Assembly (NCBI GenBank): GCA_041660125.1
Contig: JBAZWY010000012.1
Span: forward strand, 38,499-102,498
Direction: 5' to 3'
Length of the DNA stretch: 64,000 nucleotides
Source: Lentimicrobiaceae bacterium
Lineage (GTDB): Bacteria; Bacteroidota; Bacteroidia; Bacteroidales; UBA4417
Part shown: positions 55,329-64,000 of the stretch, piece by piece
Numbering within the stretch: position 1 is the stretch's first letter
Layout: every line of letters begins with the position of its first letter
The notes under the pieces: model-generated
Told to the model about the DNA's origin: nothing
Seen by the model: only the letters and a program-made list of their open reading frames with translations
The model's database searches: none
Program-made: the position numbers and the translations under genes

Positions 55329-55427
55329 ATAAGATTACAATTGAAAAACTTTTACTCTCAGGCATCGTGTATGACAAAAGACTAAAAGAATTTTAAAAAC
55401 TAAAACGTATCATAAACAGAACTACAG

Positions 55428-56951
55428 ATGAAAAACATAAATAAATATATAGGATTAGTAAGTGTACTCATCTTAATTTTCCTTATTAGCTGCAGTAAAT
55501 TTGATGAAATCAACACGAATCCGGATACTACCACCAAGGTGCCCGCATCAATGGAATGCACAAATATTGTATTGAATATGATAGGGGATGGAGGACTAGC
55601 TATGGGATTTATTTCCGCTAATGCCTTGCCCAAATATGTTGGCTTCACCCTCCTTGGGAAAAATAGTTCGCAGTATAACAATACCGGAAGCAGTGGTTTT
55701 GGAGCTATGACCATATTACCTAATATCGATGCAATGTTAGAAGCTGCCAAGGGTAGTACAATGGAAAATTCGTACATAGCGATAGCCCATTTTGCCAAAG
55801 CCTACGAATTCTACTATATGACGATGTGGATGGGCGATATTCCTTACTCCGAAGCAGGGATGGGTGCTGAAGGTCTTTACAGGCCTAAATATGATACCCA
55901 GGAAGAGGTTTTTATAGCTGTATTGAACGAGCTGAAAGCTGCTGACTCAAGCTTTGCGATAGGTATTAAATTTGATGGTGATCCAACACCTTATGCAGGG
56001 GACCCCCAAAAATGGAGAAAAGCTGTCAATGCTTTTGCGTTAAAAGTACTGATGAGTTTAAGTAAAAAAGAAGGCCTGGCATCATTAAATGTTACAACCC
56101 GATTTGCCGAAATTGTTGCGGCAGGTAATTTAATGGACAAAACCACAGGTTATTTGGGGCTTGCTTATTCTACCCAGAACAAGCATCCTTTAAATGCAGC
56201 CGTTATGTTTGTGCCAAAAACTGTTATCAGCAAACTGTTTCTGGACAATTTGAAAATACTAAATGACCGGCGCTTGTTTTATTTCTGCGAACCTGCTCTA
56301 GCGCTCACAATAGCCGGAAAAGTACAATCAGATACGGCAGCATACAGAGGCGTTGATGTCGCTATGGATTACGATGCTATGAATGTTGAATACAAAGCTG
56401 GTAAGTTGTCACAAATTAACAAACGTTACGAAAAGGAAGATGCTTGTGAGCCGCGTATGATGATGACTTACGCTGAACAACAATTGATTCTTGCAGAAGC
56501 GAGTATTAGAGGTTGGATTACTACCGGATCCGCGCAAACCTATTATGAGGATGGTGTAAAGGCTGCTCTGGGGTATATAATGAGCACCAAATCGAGTTAT
56601 GCACACACAGTGCCGATTGACGCAACATATATTAACGGATATTTTACCGGGGAGGCCGCATTTAAAACAACACCGGATGAACAGTTGAAACAAATCTGGA
56701 TGCAGGAATATATCCTAAGGTTCATGCAGGATGCAGATTTTAGTTATTTCGAATATAGGAGGAACCATTATCCGGAATTCCCTATCAACCCTGCTTCAAG
56801 CATGAACGAAAACAATACAAGCGCTATTCCTATGCGTGCTCTGTATCCTGGTTCAGAAAGCAGTTACAATAGGGAAAACCTGATTATTGCATTAGACCGT
56901 CAATACGATGGCTACGATGAAATAAATAAGATTATGTGGCTGTTGAAATAG
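55428..56951 (+). CDS. SusD/RagB-family lipoprotein
   Basis: 507 aa with lipobox LISCS. It sits immediately downstream of SusC and has a helical TPR-like composition. Confidence 0.8.
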   Translation: MKNINKYIGLVSVLILIFLISCSKFDEINTNPDTTTKVPASMECTNIVLNMIGDGGLAMGFISANALPKYVGFTLLGKNSSQYNNTGSSGFGAMTILPNIDAMLEAAKGSTMENSYIAIAHFAKAYEFYYMTMWMGDIPYSEAGMGAEGLYRPKYDTQEEVFIAVLNELKAADSSFAIGIKFDGDPTPYAGDPQKWRKAVNAFALKVLMSLSKKEGLASLNVTTRFAEIVAAGNLMDKTTGYLGLAYSTQNKHPLNAAVMFVPKTVISKLFLDNLKILNDRRLFYFCEPALALTIAGKVQSDTAAYRGVDVAMDYDAMNVEYKAGKLSQINKRYEKEDACEPRMMMTYAEQQLILAEASIRGWITTGSAQTYYEDGVKAALGYIMSTKSSYAHTVPIDATYINGYFTGEAAFKTTPDEQLKQIWMQEYILRFMQDADFSYFEYRRNHYPEFPINPASSMNENNTSAIPMRALYPGSESSYNRENLIIALDRQYDGYDEINKIMWLLK

Positions 56952-57023
56952 CAGACAAACACGTACATTTCAGATTGACTTTACACAAACCCTTTATTAT
57001 TAACCCCAAAACCAATTAAAATT

Positions 57024-58055
57024 ATGAAAAAAACTTTACTAAGTTTGGTCGCGATCCTGGCTTTTGCCAGTTTTGCAAATGCCCAGGTACCTGCAAGAAC
57101 AGGCTGGTGGAAATTTGATGATGCATCCAATTTGCTAAAAGCCGAAATTGGCAATCCATTAGTTACAAAATGGAGTGCAGTGGAAGGTTATACGCCGTTT
57201 GTTGATATTTCATTAGCGGCTGGACCTGCAGCCGGAAATTTAGCAGTAGAGGTTTCTAAGGGCACCTATCTCGTTGCAGACCATGGAATTGCTCCCAGTA
57301 ATGGCACTAAAGTTAATGAATATACTCTTCAAATCGATTTTTCCATCCCAGTAACTGAAACATGGTATGCATTTTTTGATACAGATTCAACTTCGGCTGA
57401 TGATTATCAGGACGCAGACTTGTTCGTTTCCAAAAATACTAATCCTGACACTGGTGGAACACCTAATGCTATCGGATGTGGAAGTACCAGATATTCAACC
57501 AATACTCTTATGTCAGATACATGGTACAGGATGATAGTATCGGTTAAAAACGGTGAATTCTTTAGGGTTTATGTTAATGGAGATCTTTGGTTAGAATCGT
57601 TAACACAACCTTTGGACGGAAGGTACGCACTGCTTCCGACACTTTCATTTTTTCAGGATAATGATGGAGATGATGGTACTTTAAATTGCTCTGAAATTGG
57701 TATGTGGGATGTAGCCTTAACAGCTGAACAAGCCTTACTCTTAGGTGATGCAACAACCGTTCAGACTGGTATAAAAGAAAACAGAGCTGCTAAAGCTTCC
57801 GATCTGATGCCAAATTTTCCAAATCCTGTTGCTCACAATACTATATTCCCATACCAGGTTCAGAAAACCGGAAATGTTACCTTCCGTATTCTTGACCAGA
57901 CAGGAAAAGTAATAGACGTTATTAATGCCGGCGCTAAAACTCCTGGAAAATATAACTTTAATTATAATTCCGATAAACTGAACAATGGAATTTATATAGT
58001 ACAGATGACAACAAATAACCGTACTAGTGTCCGGAAAATGGTTGTTTTACAATAA
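57024..58055 (+). CDS. LamG-like jelly-roll protein with a T9SS type A C-terminal sorting domain
   Basis: 343 aa with a signal peptide. LamG_3-like core (VNEYTLQIDF...WYRMIVSVKNGEFFRVYVNGDLW) and CTD FPNPVAHNT...GIYIVQM...KMVVLQ. Confidence 0.75.
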   Translation: MKKTLLSLVAILAFASFANAQVPARTGWWKFDDASNLLKAEIGNPLVTKWSAVEGYTPFVDISLAAGPAAGNLAVEVSKGTYLVADHGIAPSNGTKVNEYTLQIDFSIPVTETWYAFFDTDSTSADDYQDADLFVSKNTNPDTGGTPNAIGCGSTRYSTNTLMSDTWYRMIVSVKNGEFFRVYVNGDLWLESLTQPLDGRYALLPTLSFFQDNDGDDGTLNCSEIGMWDVALTAEQALLLGDATTVQTGIKENRAAKASDLMPNFPNPVAHNTIFPYQVQKTGNVTFRILDQTGKVIDVINAGAKTPGKYNFNYNSDKLNNGIYIVQMTTNNRTSVRKMVVLQ

Positions 58056-58080
58056 TTAAAACAGAGGTTGGATTGGTAAT

Positions 58081-58111
58081 GGGTACCTCAATTTCTGAGG
58101 TACCCTTTTTT
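58081..58111 (+). terminator. Rho-independent terminator
   Basis: Stem GGGTACCTCA (58081-58090) / TGAGGTACCC (58096-58105), followed by TTTTTT. Confidence 0.75.
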
Positions 58112-58190
58112 AATCAGATCATTTACAGTTTAGCACACAAAAGGGTAATTGTTTCTGGCAGCCCATGTTTAAAATATTAATCAGAATCCA

Positions 58191-60698
58191 ATGAGAATAA
58201 GAAAAAATCCTGCCATCATTCTAGCTTTTCTATTGTTTTTTAATTCTGCGCAGGCTATCATTCCGCAAAGGACTGGTTGGTGGAAGTTTGATATTCCCTC
58301 TGATCTTCAAAAAGCTGAAGCCGGATATGGACTTGATCTTATTCTTACCGGAACTCAAGCAGTTGCAGCAGGGCCTGAGGCTGGTAACGGAGCTGTATTG
58401 ATCGGAAAAGGAAGCTATTACAAGATGCAGCATCAGATTTCCTCAAATGGTGGCGGAACCTTTGTAAATGAATACACCTTGCAATTCGATTTTAAAGTTG
58501 AGGATATTGGAGACTGGCGCTCTTTTTTTCAGACTGATATGAGCAATAGCAATGACGGCGAGTTTTTTATAAATCCGTCGGGGAATGTTGGTGTTGGCGC
58601 TGTGGGATATAGTTCTTATTCTATTAACCCAAATGAATGGTATCGTTTGGTTATATCAGTTAAAAACGGTAGCCGGTTTATGTGTTATCTTGACGGGCAA
58701 CCTTTAATTTCGGGCAATATTCAGGATGTTGATGGTCGTTTTTCGTTGGCAAGCCTATTATTGATTTTTGCTGACGAAAACGGAGAAGATGCCAATATTT
58801 ATTGTTCTGAACTAGCTATCTGGAATATGGCTCTGACTTCTGACCAGGTTTCGGAACTAGATGGATTCGGGCATAAGTTCGATTCATTTCTTATGACAAG
58901 GATTCCATACCTGCAAGGACAGGGTACAAATACTATGACTGTTTGCTGGCACGATATCGCCCAAACCGGAACTAAAGTTAAATATGGTATTGACTCAACT
59001 TCTTTAAATTTGGAAACGGCTGGAACCAATGAAATAATCAGCGACCCATATCGCTGGCATTCAGTTAAGCTGACAGGTTTGCAGCCCAATACGCGTTATT
59101 TTTATCGTGTTGCAAGTGGTACCGGGGAATCTGGCATGTATGCATTTAAAACCATGCCTGATTCAACTTATACCAGGAAAATGCGCTTTGTAATTCTTGG
59201 CGATACTCATGCATCGGACACTACGATGGCGGGTGAAGTGCTCCGCGCTGCAAAGGAGAAAATCGCTCAATTGTATGGCTCCGATATTGAAAATCATGTG
59301 AACGGAATTTTTCATTCCGGCGATATTGTTGTAAGCGGTGATTCTCCTGGTCAATACACCAAACAATATTTCAAACCATTATCCGCCTTATCATCCAATA
59401 TCCCAACCATGGTGGTTGCCGGGAATCACGAAGCTGAAAGTCCTTATTTTTACCAATACCTGAAACTTGACGATGAATCTGCTATTCCCCAGATACCGGC
59501 CCTAAACGAAAAAGTCTGGCAGCTGAAGGTTGGAAATTCATTGTTTATTGGGTTGAATACAAATATTACAGATCAGTATGGAGAAACTGAAGCAAATTGG
59601 CTCGATACCAGGTTGAATATGGCTGAAAATGATACAAGTATTGATTTTGTATTTATATTTTTCCATCATCCGCCCTTTTCTGAATTATGGATAGTTGGAG
59701 GTACAGATTTTGTAAAGAACCGGTTTTTACCTGTGATAGACAAATACACGAAAGTTCAGGAGATCCATTATGGTCATACGCATGGTTTTGAAAGAGGAAC
59801 CATTACATCAGATAAGTACGATGGGGATTTCAGAATGATTTGTGGCGGTGGTGGAGGTGGGCCCCTGGATCCATGGGTTGAAGGAGAAAATCAGGATTTG
59901 AACGATATCCATATTTGCATTAGCAATTATTTCTTTCAAATCCTTGAAATTGATATTGCAAATCACTCTTTTCAGACTTCAGTTTACAGTTTGGGAACCC
60001 TCGCTAAGCCCCAAAATTCAGAGCTAATGGATAGATGGCACAAGTCGAAAAATCAATCCGGGCCTGCAACTCCGGTAATTGAAAATGTTGAACGAACCAA
60101 TGAATATGTTCAGATTACAAGCTCTAAATTCTCAGGCATCGACTCACTCATGTCAGTTCAATTCCAGGTAGTTGACAGTTCGCAAAATTGGCCCGTTGTA
60201 ATTGACTCAATAACACATTGGGAAAATGTCTATGGAGTTGATGCTAATTCCAATCCGGTTGACCTGAATTGGAATATTAATTTATATCAGAGTAAAATCA
60301 AAAGATCCTTGCTTTCTGTTGATAAAGAATATTTTTTTCGTGTCAGGTACCGCGATCACAATCTGAAATGGAGCAATTGGTCAGAATTAGCCCCATTCAA
60401 AACAGTAGGGATAAGTGAAAATCCGGGTTTTCAGAATGGCTATTTTCTCAATCAGAACTTTCCAAATCCATTCAGTAATGAGACTTCATTCACATATCAT
60501 ATTCCTGAAAAATGCGAAGTTGTTTTTTACATCTATAACGAAAACAAGCACTTAATTGACGAAATAGACGCAGGCGAAAAACCAGAAGGAACATACACCC
60601 TTAATTACAATGCGAAAAACCTGAGTAGCGGCATGTATGTCTATGAGATGCATACCCGAAATCTTTCGGTTTCAAAAAAAATGATAACCATAAAGTAG
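58191..60698 (+). CDS. LamG-like domain + purple-acid-phosphatase-type metallophosphoesterase + T9SS sorting domain
   Basis: 835 aa. The N-terminus is paralogous to the 57024 gene (RTGWWKFD). PAP N-terminal domain (TVCWHD..YFYRV). Metallophosphoesterase motifs ILGDTH, SGDIV, AGNHE, FFHHPP and GHTHGFE. CTD FPNPFSNET...GMYVYEM. Confidence 0.8.
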   Translation: MRIRKNPAIILAFLLFFNSAQAIIPQRTGWWKFDIPSDLQKAEAGYGLDLILTGTQAVAAGPEAGNGAVLIGKGSYYKMQHQISSNGGGTFVNEYTLQFDFKVEDIGDWRSFFQTDMSNSNDGEFFINPSGNVGVGAVGYSSYSINPNEWYRLVISVKNGSRFMCYLDGQPLISGNIQDVDGRFSLASLLLIFADENGEDANIYCSELAIWNMALTSDQVSELDGFGHKFDSFLMTRIPYLQGQGTNTMTVCWHDIAQTGTKVKYGIDSTSLNLETAGTNEIISDPYRWHSVKLTGLQPNTRYFYRVASGTGESGMYAFKTMPDSTYTRKMRFVILGDTHASDTTMAGEVLRAAKEKIAQLYGSDIENHVNGIFHSGDIVVSGDSPGQYTKQYFKPLSALSSNIPTMVVAGNHEAESPYFYQYLKLDDESAIPQIPALNEKVWQLKVGNSLFIGLNTNITDQYGETEANWLDTRLNMAENDTSIDFVFIFFHHPPFSELWIVGGTDFVKNRFLPVIDKYTKVQEIHYGHTHGFERGTITSDKYDGDFRMICGGGGGGPLDPWVEGENQDLNDIHICISNYFFQILEIDIANHSFQTSVYSLGTLAKPQNSELMDRWHKSKNQSGPATPVIENVERTNEYVQITSSKFSGIDSLMSVQFQVVDSSQNWPVVIDSITHWENVYGVDANSNPVDLNWNINLYQSKIKRSLLSVDKEYFFRVRYRDHNLKWSNWSELAPFKTVGISENPGFQNGYFLNQNFPNPFSNETSFTYHIPEKCEVVFYIYNENKHLIDEIDAGEKPEGTYTLNYNAKNLSSGMYVYEMHTRNLSVSKKMITIK

Positions 60699-60823
60699 GT
60701 TATAAATGTTAAGTGCCGGAGGTTGTGAAAATTGAATGAAAGTTCCTCTTCCAGGTTTAAACAGAATGAAATTTATAAAACAAAAAAAACACTATTTTAT
60801 CACTTTCAAATACATCTAGCAAA

Positions 60824-61603
60824 ATGAGTAATTCAAAAACAGCAATCATTCTCTTGTTTCTTTTCATTTCTATAAGTTTGTTTTCGCAATCGAAAAAAGG
60901 CTACTCACTTGTTTGGAAAGATGACTTTAAGGGAAATTCACTCAACACAACAGACTGGAATAACGAAGTTGCCAATCCCGGAATGGTAAACAATGAGCTG
61001 CAACGCTACACTAATGCCAGTAACATAGAGCTTTCCAAAGGAAAACTGCTGATTATCGCAAAAAATGAAAATAATGAATACACATCAGCAAGAATAAATA
61101 CCAAAGGGAAACAAATTTTCACCTATGGGTTGGTTGAGATAAAGGCGAAACTACCTGAGGGCACAGGTACATGGCCTGCATTGTGGATGTTGGGACAAAA
61201 TATTGACCAAGTCGGATGGCCAGCTTGCGGAGAATTGGATATTATGGAACATGTTGGTAAACATCCTGATTTTATACACTCAACCATTCATAATCCTTCG
61301 GGATACGGCGCTACACCTTATACTGGTATATTGAAGATACAAAACCCGTTTAGTAAATTTCATATTTATGGTATGGAATGGACAAAAGAATTTATCGACT
61401 TTTTTATCGATGGTAAGTTGGTGTATCATTACCAACCGGAAGTTAAAAATCCGGATACCTGGCCATTTGATAAACCATTTTTTCTTATTTTCAATATTGC
61501 AATTGGAGGTGACTGGGGCGGACCAGTAGTTGATGACCAACTATTTCCTGCAGTTATGACTGTTGATTGGGTTAAGGTTTATCAAAAAAAAGATTTGAAA
61601 TGA
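60824..61603 (+). CDS. Glycoside hydrolase family 16 (beta-glucanase/laminarinase-like)
   Basis: 259 aa with a signal peptide. Catalytic motif GELDIMEH (ExDxxE) and WPALWML. Confidence 0.9.
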   Translation: MSNSKTAIILLFLFISISLFSQSKKGYSLVWKDDFKGNSLNTTDWNNEVANPGMVNNELQRYTNASNIELSKGKLLIIAKNENNEYTSARINTKGKQIFTYGLVEIKAKLPEGTGTWPALWMLGQNIDQVGWPACGELDIMEHVGKHPDFIHSTIHNPSGYGATPYTGILKIQNPFSKFHIYGMEWTKEFIDFFIDGKLVYHYQPEVKNPDTWPFDKPFFLIFNIAIGGDWGGPVVDDQLFPAVMTVDWVKVYQKKDLK

Positions 61604-61762
61604 TGCAATCGTGAATTGGAATATGAAATTGTTTAAATGCTGGTTTAGGAAAAGTTTAAATAGAAGACTGGAGAACCTATAAAATAAGGTAACAACAAAT
61701 TTTGGTGTAACCACAGACTTAAAATAACATAATTTGCAACTTTAATCAATAATACCTGGAAT

Positions 61763-62863
61763 ATGGAAGATGCTAAAAAGTTTAACAGGATAGCTTCAAT
61801 TGATGCACTCAGAGGTTTTGATATGCTGTTTATTATTTTTCTGGACCATTTTTTTAATGCGCTGAATGTTGGTGAACGTTCACCTTTTACCATGGCTCTT
61901 GCAAAACAATTTGATCATCCTGAATGGTTCGGTTCATCCCTGTATGATATTGTAATGCCATTATTTCTCTTCATTGTAGGAGCTGCTATACCCTTTGCCT
62001 TATCGAAACGAAAACAGGAAAATTCAAGTATGTTTGCAATGTATGCTAAGCTTATAAGGCGGTTTGTAATCCTCTTTATTTTGGGTTGGATTGTGCAAGG
62101 TCATTTGCTGGAACTCGATATTAAAACATTTAGTATTTTTAGTAATACTTTGCAGGCCATTGCAGTTGGCTACCTCTTTTCAAGCATTGCCTTTATCCAT
62201 TTCAACAGAAATGTACGCTTACTGATTTTTGCTTGCTGCCTGATCATTTATACATTGCTGCTTACCATTCCTGATGTGCCTGGAGTAGGCCCTGGTGTTC
62301 TGATGCCTCATAGCAGTTATGCATGGTATATTGACCAGGTTGTTTTCGGTAAGTTTCAGGACGGAACCGAATACACCTGGCTGCTTAGTGGATTTGGTTT
62401 TATAGCAACCACCTTGTCGGGTGTTTTTGCCGGCGAGCTTATTAAATCTGATTTGCCGCAGAAGAAGATTGCCTTATATTTATTTGTATTCGGCATTGCA
62501 GGCATTCTTGCCGGAATGTTTTTGGGAATATGGCATCCGATTATTAAAAAGCTTTGGACAAGTTCTTTTGTACTTGCATCTTCCGGAGTCTGTTTCCTTT
62601 TAATGGCTCTTTTTTATTGGATAATCGATGTAAAAGGAAAAGTTAAATGGGCTTTTCCGTTAAAAGTTATAGGAATGAATGCAATTGTTGCCTATGTACT
62701 TTCGCATGTGTTCAATTTCCACCAGATCGCTGAAATGGTGTTGTATGGTCTGAAACAATTCGTCGGAGAATTTAATTATTTAGTTCTTACCATCGGAGGT
62801 TTTGGCATCCTGTATCTGATTCTGTGGTATATGTATAAGAATAAAACTTTCATAAAAGTTTAA
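61763..62863 (+). CDS. Polytopic membrane protein, DUF5009 / heparan-alpha-glucosaminide N-acetyltransferase-like
   Basis: 366 aa with about 10 TM helices. N-terminal motif RIASIDALRGFDMLFIIF. Confidence 0.6.
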   Translation: MEDAKKFNRIASIDALRGFDMLFIIFLDHFFNALNVGERSPFTMALAKQFDHPEWFGSSLYDIVMPLFLFIVGAAIPFALSKRKQENSSMFAMYAKLIRRFVILFILGWIVQGHLLELDIKTFSIFSNTLQAIAVGYLFSSIAFIHFNRNVRLLIFACCLIIYTLLLTIPDVPGVGPGVLMPHSSYAWYIDQVVFGKFQDGTEYTWLLSGFGFIATTLSGVFAGELIKSDLPQKKIALYLFVFGIAGILAGMFLGIWHPIIKKLWTSSFVLASSGVCFLLMALFYWIIDVKGKVKWAFPLKVIGMNAIVAYVLSHVFNFHQIAEMVLYGLKQFVGEFNYLVLTIGGFGILYLILWYMYKNKTFIKV

Positions 62864-62992
62864 TATTCATATAACTTTGCTGTTTAAGATTGTTGAATCG
62901 ATAGAGGTTTATTTATAACAAGCAGAGGTGAAATGATTCTTCATCCAATTACATTCGGGCTTTTTAAAAATGTTGAATAAAAATATTTAGAT

Positions 62993-63847
62993 ATGAAAGG
63001 AATCTTGTTTCTCTTGATTTGTAGCCTGTCAATTAATAGCGCGTTGATGGCCCAGAAAGAAATTAAATTGTATAAAAACGGACCAGCAGAGAATAGTGGA
63101 ATTACTGAAAAGGAAGTAAACCACGATAATACGTGGGTTACCGGTGTCACGGAAGCGCGCATGTACGCTTATCTTGTTCCTAAAGAAAAAGCCACCGGAG
63201 TAGCAGTATTAATATGTCCCGGAGGTGGCTATGGTGGTCTTGCGGTTGAGCATGAAGGTTCGCAGGTAGCTATCTGGCTTAATTCGATCGGTATTTCAGC
63301 ATTTGTACTTTATTATAGGATGCCGAACCAACATTGGGAAATCCCATTGACAGACGCCCAAACTGCGTTGGAAATAATTAGAAAGAGCGCTAAAAAATGG
63401 AACATCGACAAATCCAAAATCGGAATCATTGGTTTTTCGGCAGGTGGACACCTAGCTTCCACAGCCGGAACACAGTTTACAAAGAAAAGCAGGCCTGATT
63501 TTATGGTTCTGGTCTATCCTGTGATTTCTATGACCGGTGATGGCACAAGCATTAATCTGATCGGGGAAAACCCATCGGATGATCTGAAGAAACGTTTTTC
63601 CAGCGAATTGCAGGTTAGCAAAAACACTCCTCCAACTCTTATTATTGCTGCACTAGACGATGATGTGGTTCCGGTTGAACACAGTTTTATGTTTTACAAA
63701 GCACTTCAGGCGAAAAATATTCCTTGCGAAATACATACCTATGCTAAGGGAGGTCATGGTTTTGGCATGCACAAAAATGGACTGGATGTTGACCATTGGC
63801 CTGATCTGGTTAAGGAATGGCTGAAAACAAACAAACTGATTTACTGA
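62993..63847 (+). CDS. Secreted alpha/beta-hydrolase esterase
   Basis: 284 aa with a signal peptide. Oxyanion CPGGGY, nucleophile elbow GFSAGGHLA, and Asp/His in DDDVVP...GGHGF. Confidence 0.85.
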   Translation: MKGILFLLICSLSINSALMAQKEIKLYKNGPAENSGITEKEVNHDNTWVTGVTEARMYAYLVPKEKATGVAVLICPGGGYGGLAVEHEGSQVAIWLNSIGISAFVLYYRMPNQHWEIPLTDAQTALEIIRKSAKKWNIDKSKIGIIGFSAGGHLASTAGTQFTKKSRPDFMVLVYPVISMTGDGTSINLIGENPSDDLKKRFSSELQVSKNTPPTLIIAALDDDVVPVEHSFMFYKALQAKNIPCEIHTYAKGGHGFGMHKNGLDVDHWPDLVKEWLKTNKLIY

Positions 63848-64000
63848 TGATTGGGTATAGGTATAAATTGATTTGGTTAGCATATAAACTCTGGTAGCTT
63901 AACAAAACCTGTAGTTGAAAAGCTGGTGTGGGAAATAGTGCTCACAACATTCCTTTACGAGGTTTATAATGAGCCTGAAGTACAAAGAATATCTCAGATG

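Noticed and set aside
63970-64000. Possible gene start (ATGAGCCTGAAGTACAAAGAATATCTCAGATG) at the right window edge
   Set aside because: Only about 10 codons are visible, which is too little to support a call.

Overview
This 64-kb chromosomal segment is probably from a Bacteroidota genome. That inference rests on T9SS C-terminal sorting domains, a SusC/SusD pair under an ECF sigma/FecR module, and TAnnTTTG-type -7 boxes 15-40 nt upstream of many starts. About 45 protein genes and two tRNAs (Pro-UGG, Ser-GCU) can be supported.

Core genes: sucC, the H+-pyrophosphatase hppA, a TrpB2-type tryptophan synthase beta, a fused LeuC/LeuD-like aconitase-family dehydratase, YebC, a LolD-like ABC ATPase, an amidase, and a class V aminotransferase.

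Accessory content:
- A 2241-aa T9SS adhesin with an OmpA-family partner and a NarL-type two-component pair.
- A decayed defence-like patch: a RhuM gene interrupted by a 91-bp insert and a restriction-modification enzyme tail fragment.
- An AT-rich 3.6-kb island bounded by a duplicated hppA 3' end.
- A 14-kb ECF-sigma-controlled SusC/SusD locus that mixes GH16, an esterase and an acyltransferase-like membrane protein with two LamG-type T9SS cargo proteins.

Most unusual signals:
1. The tRNA-Pro locus carries a 68-bp tandem array of tRNA 5'-half copies and one full-length pseudo-tRNA. In these copies tRNA arms are replaced by one GC hairpin, and they are interleaved with GIY-YIG and four-helix-bundle genes.
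2. An unannotated Trp-rich leader peptide plus terminator (attenuator) lies upstream of the stand-alone trpB2.
3. The hppA-targeted island remnant has spacers that share motifs.
4. A DUF364-like gene overlaps, and is probably translationally coupled to, a polytopic-membrane/P-loop NTPase fusion.
5. Low-complexity, imperfectly palindromic 'word-repeat' elements occupy many intergenic gaps.

All functional calls come from reading motifs by eye. No database search or RNA folding was run.
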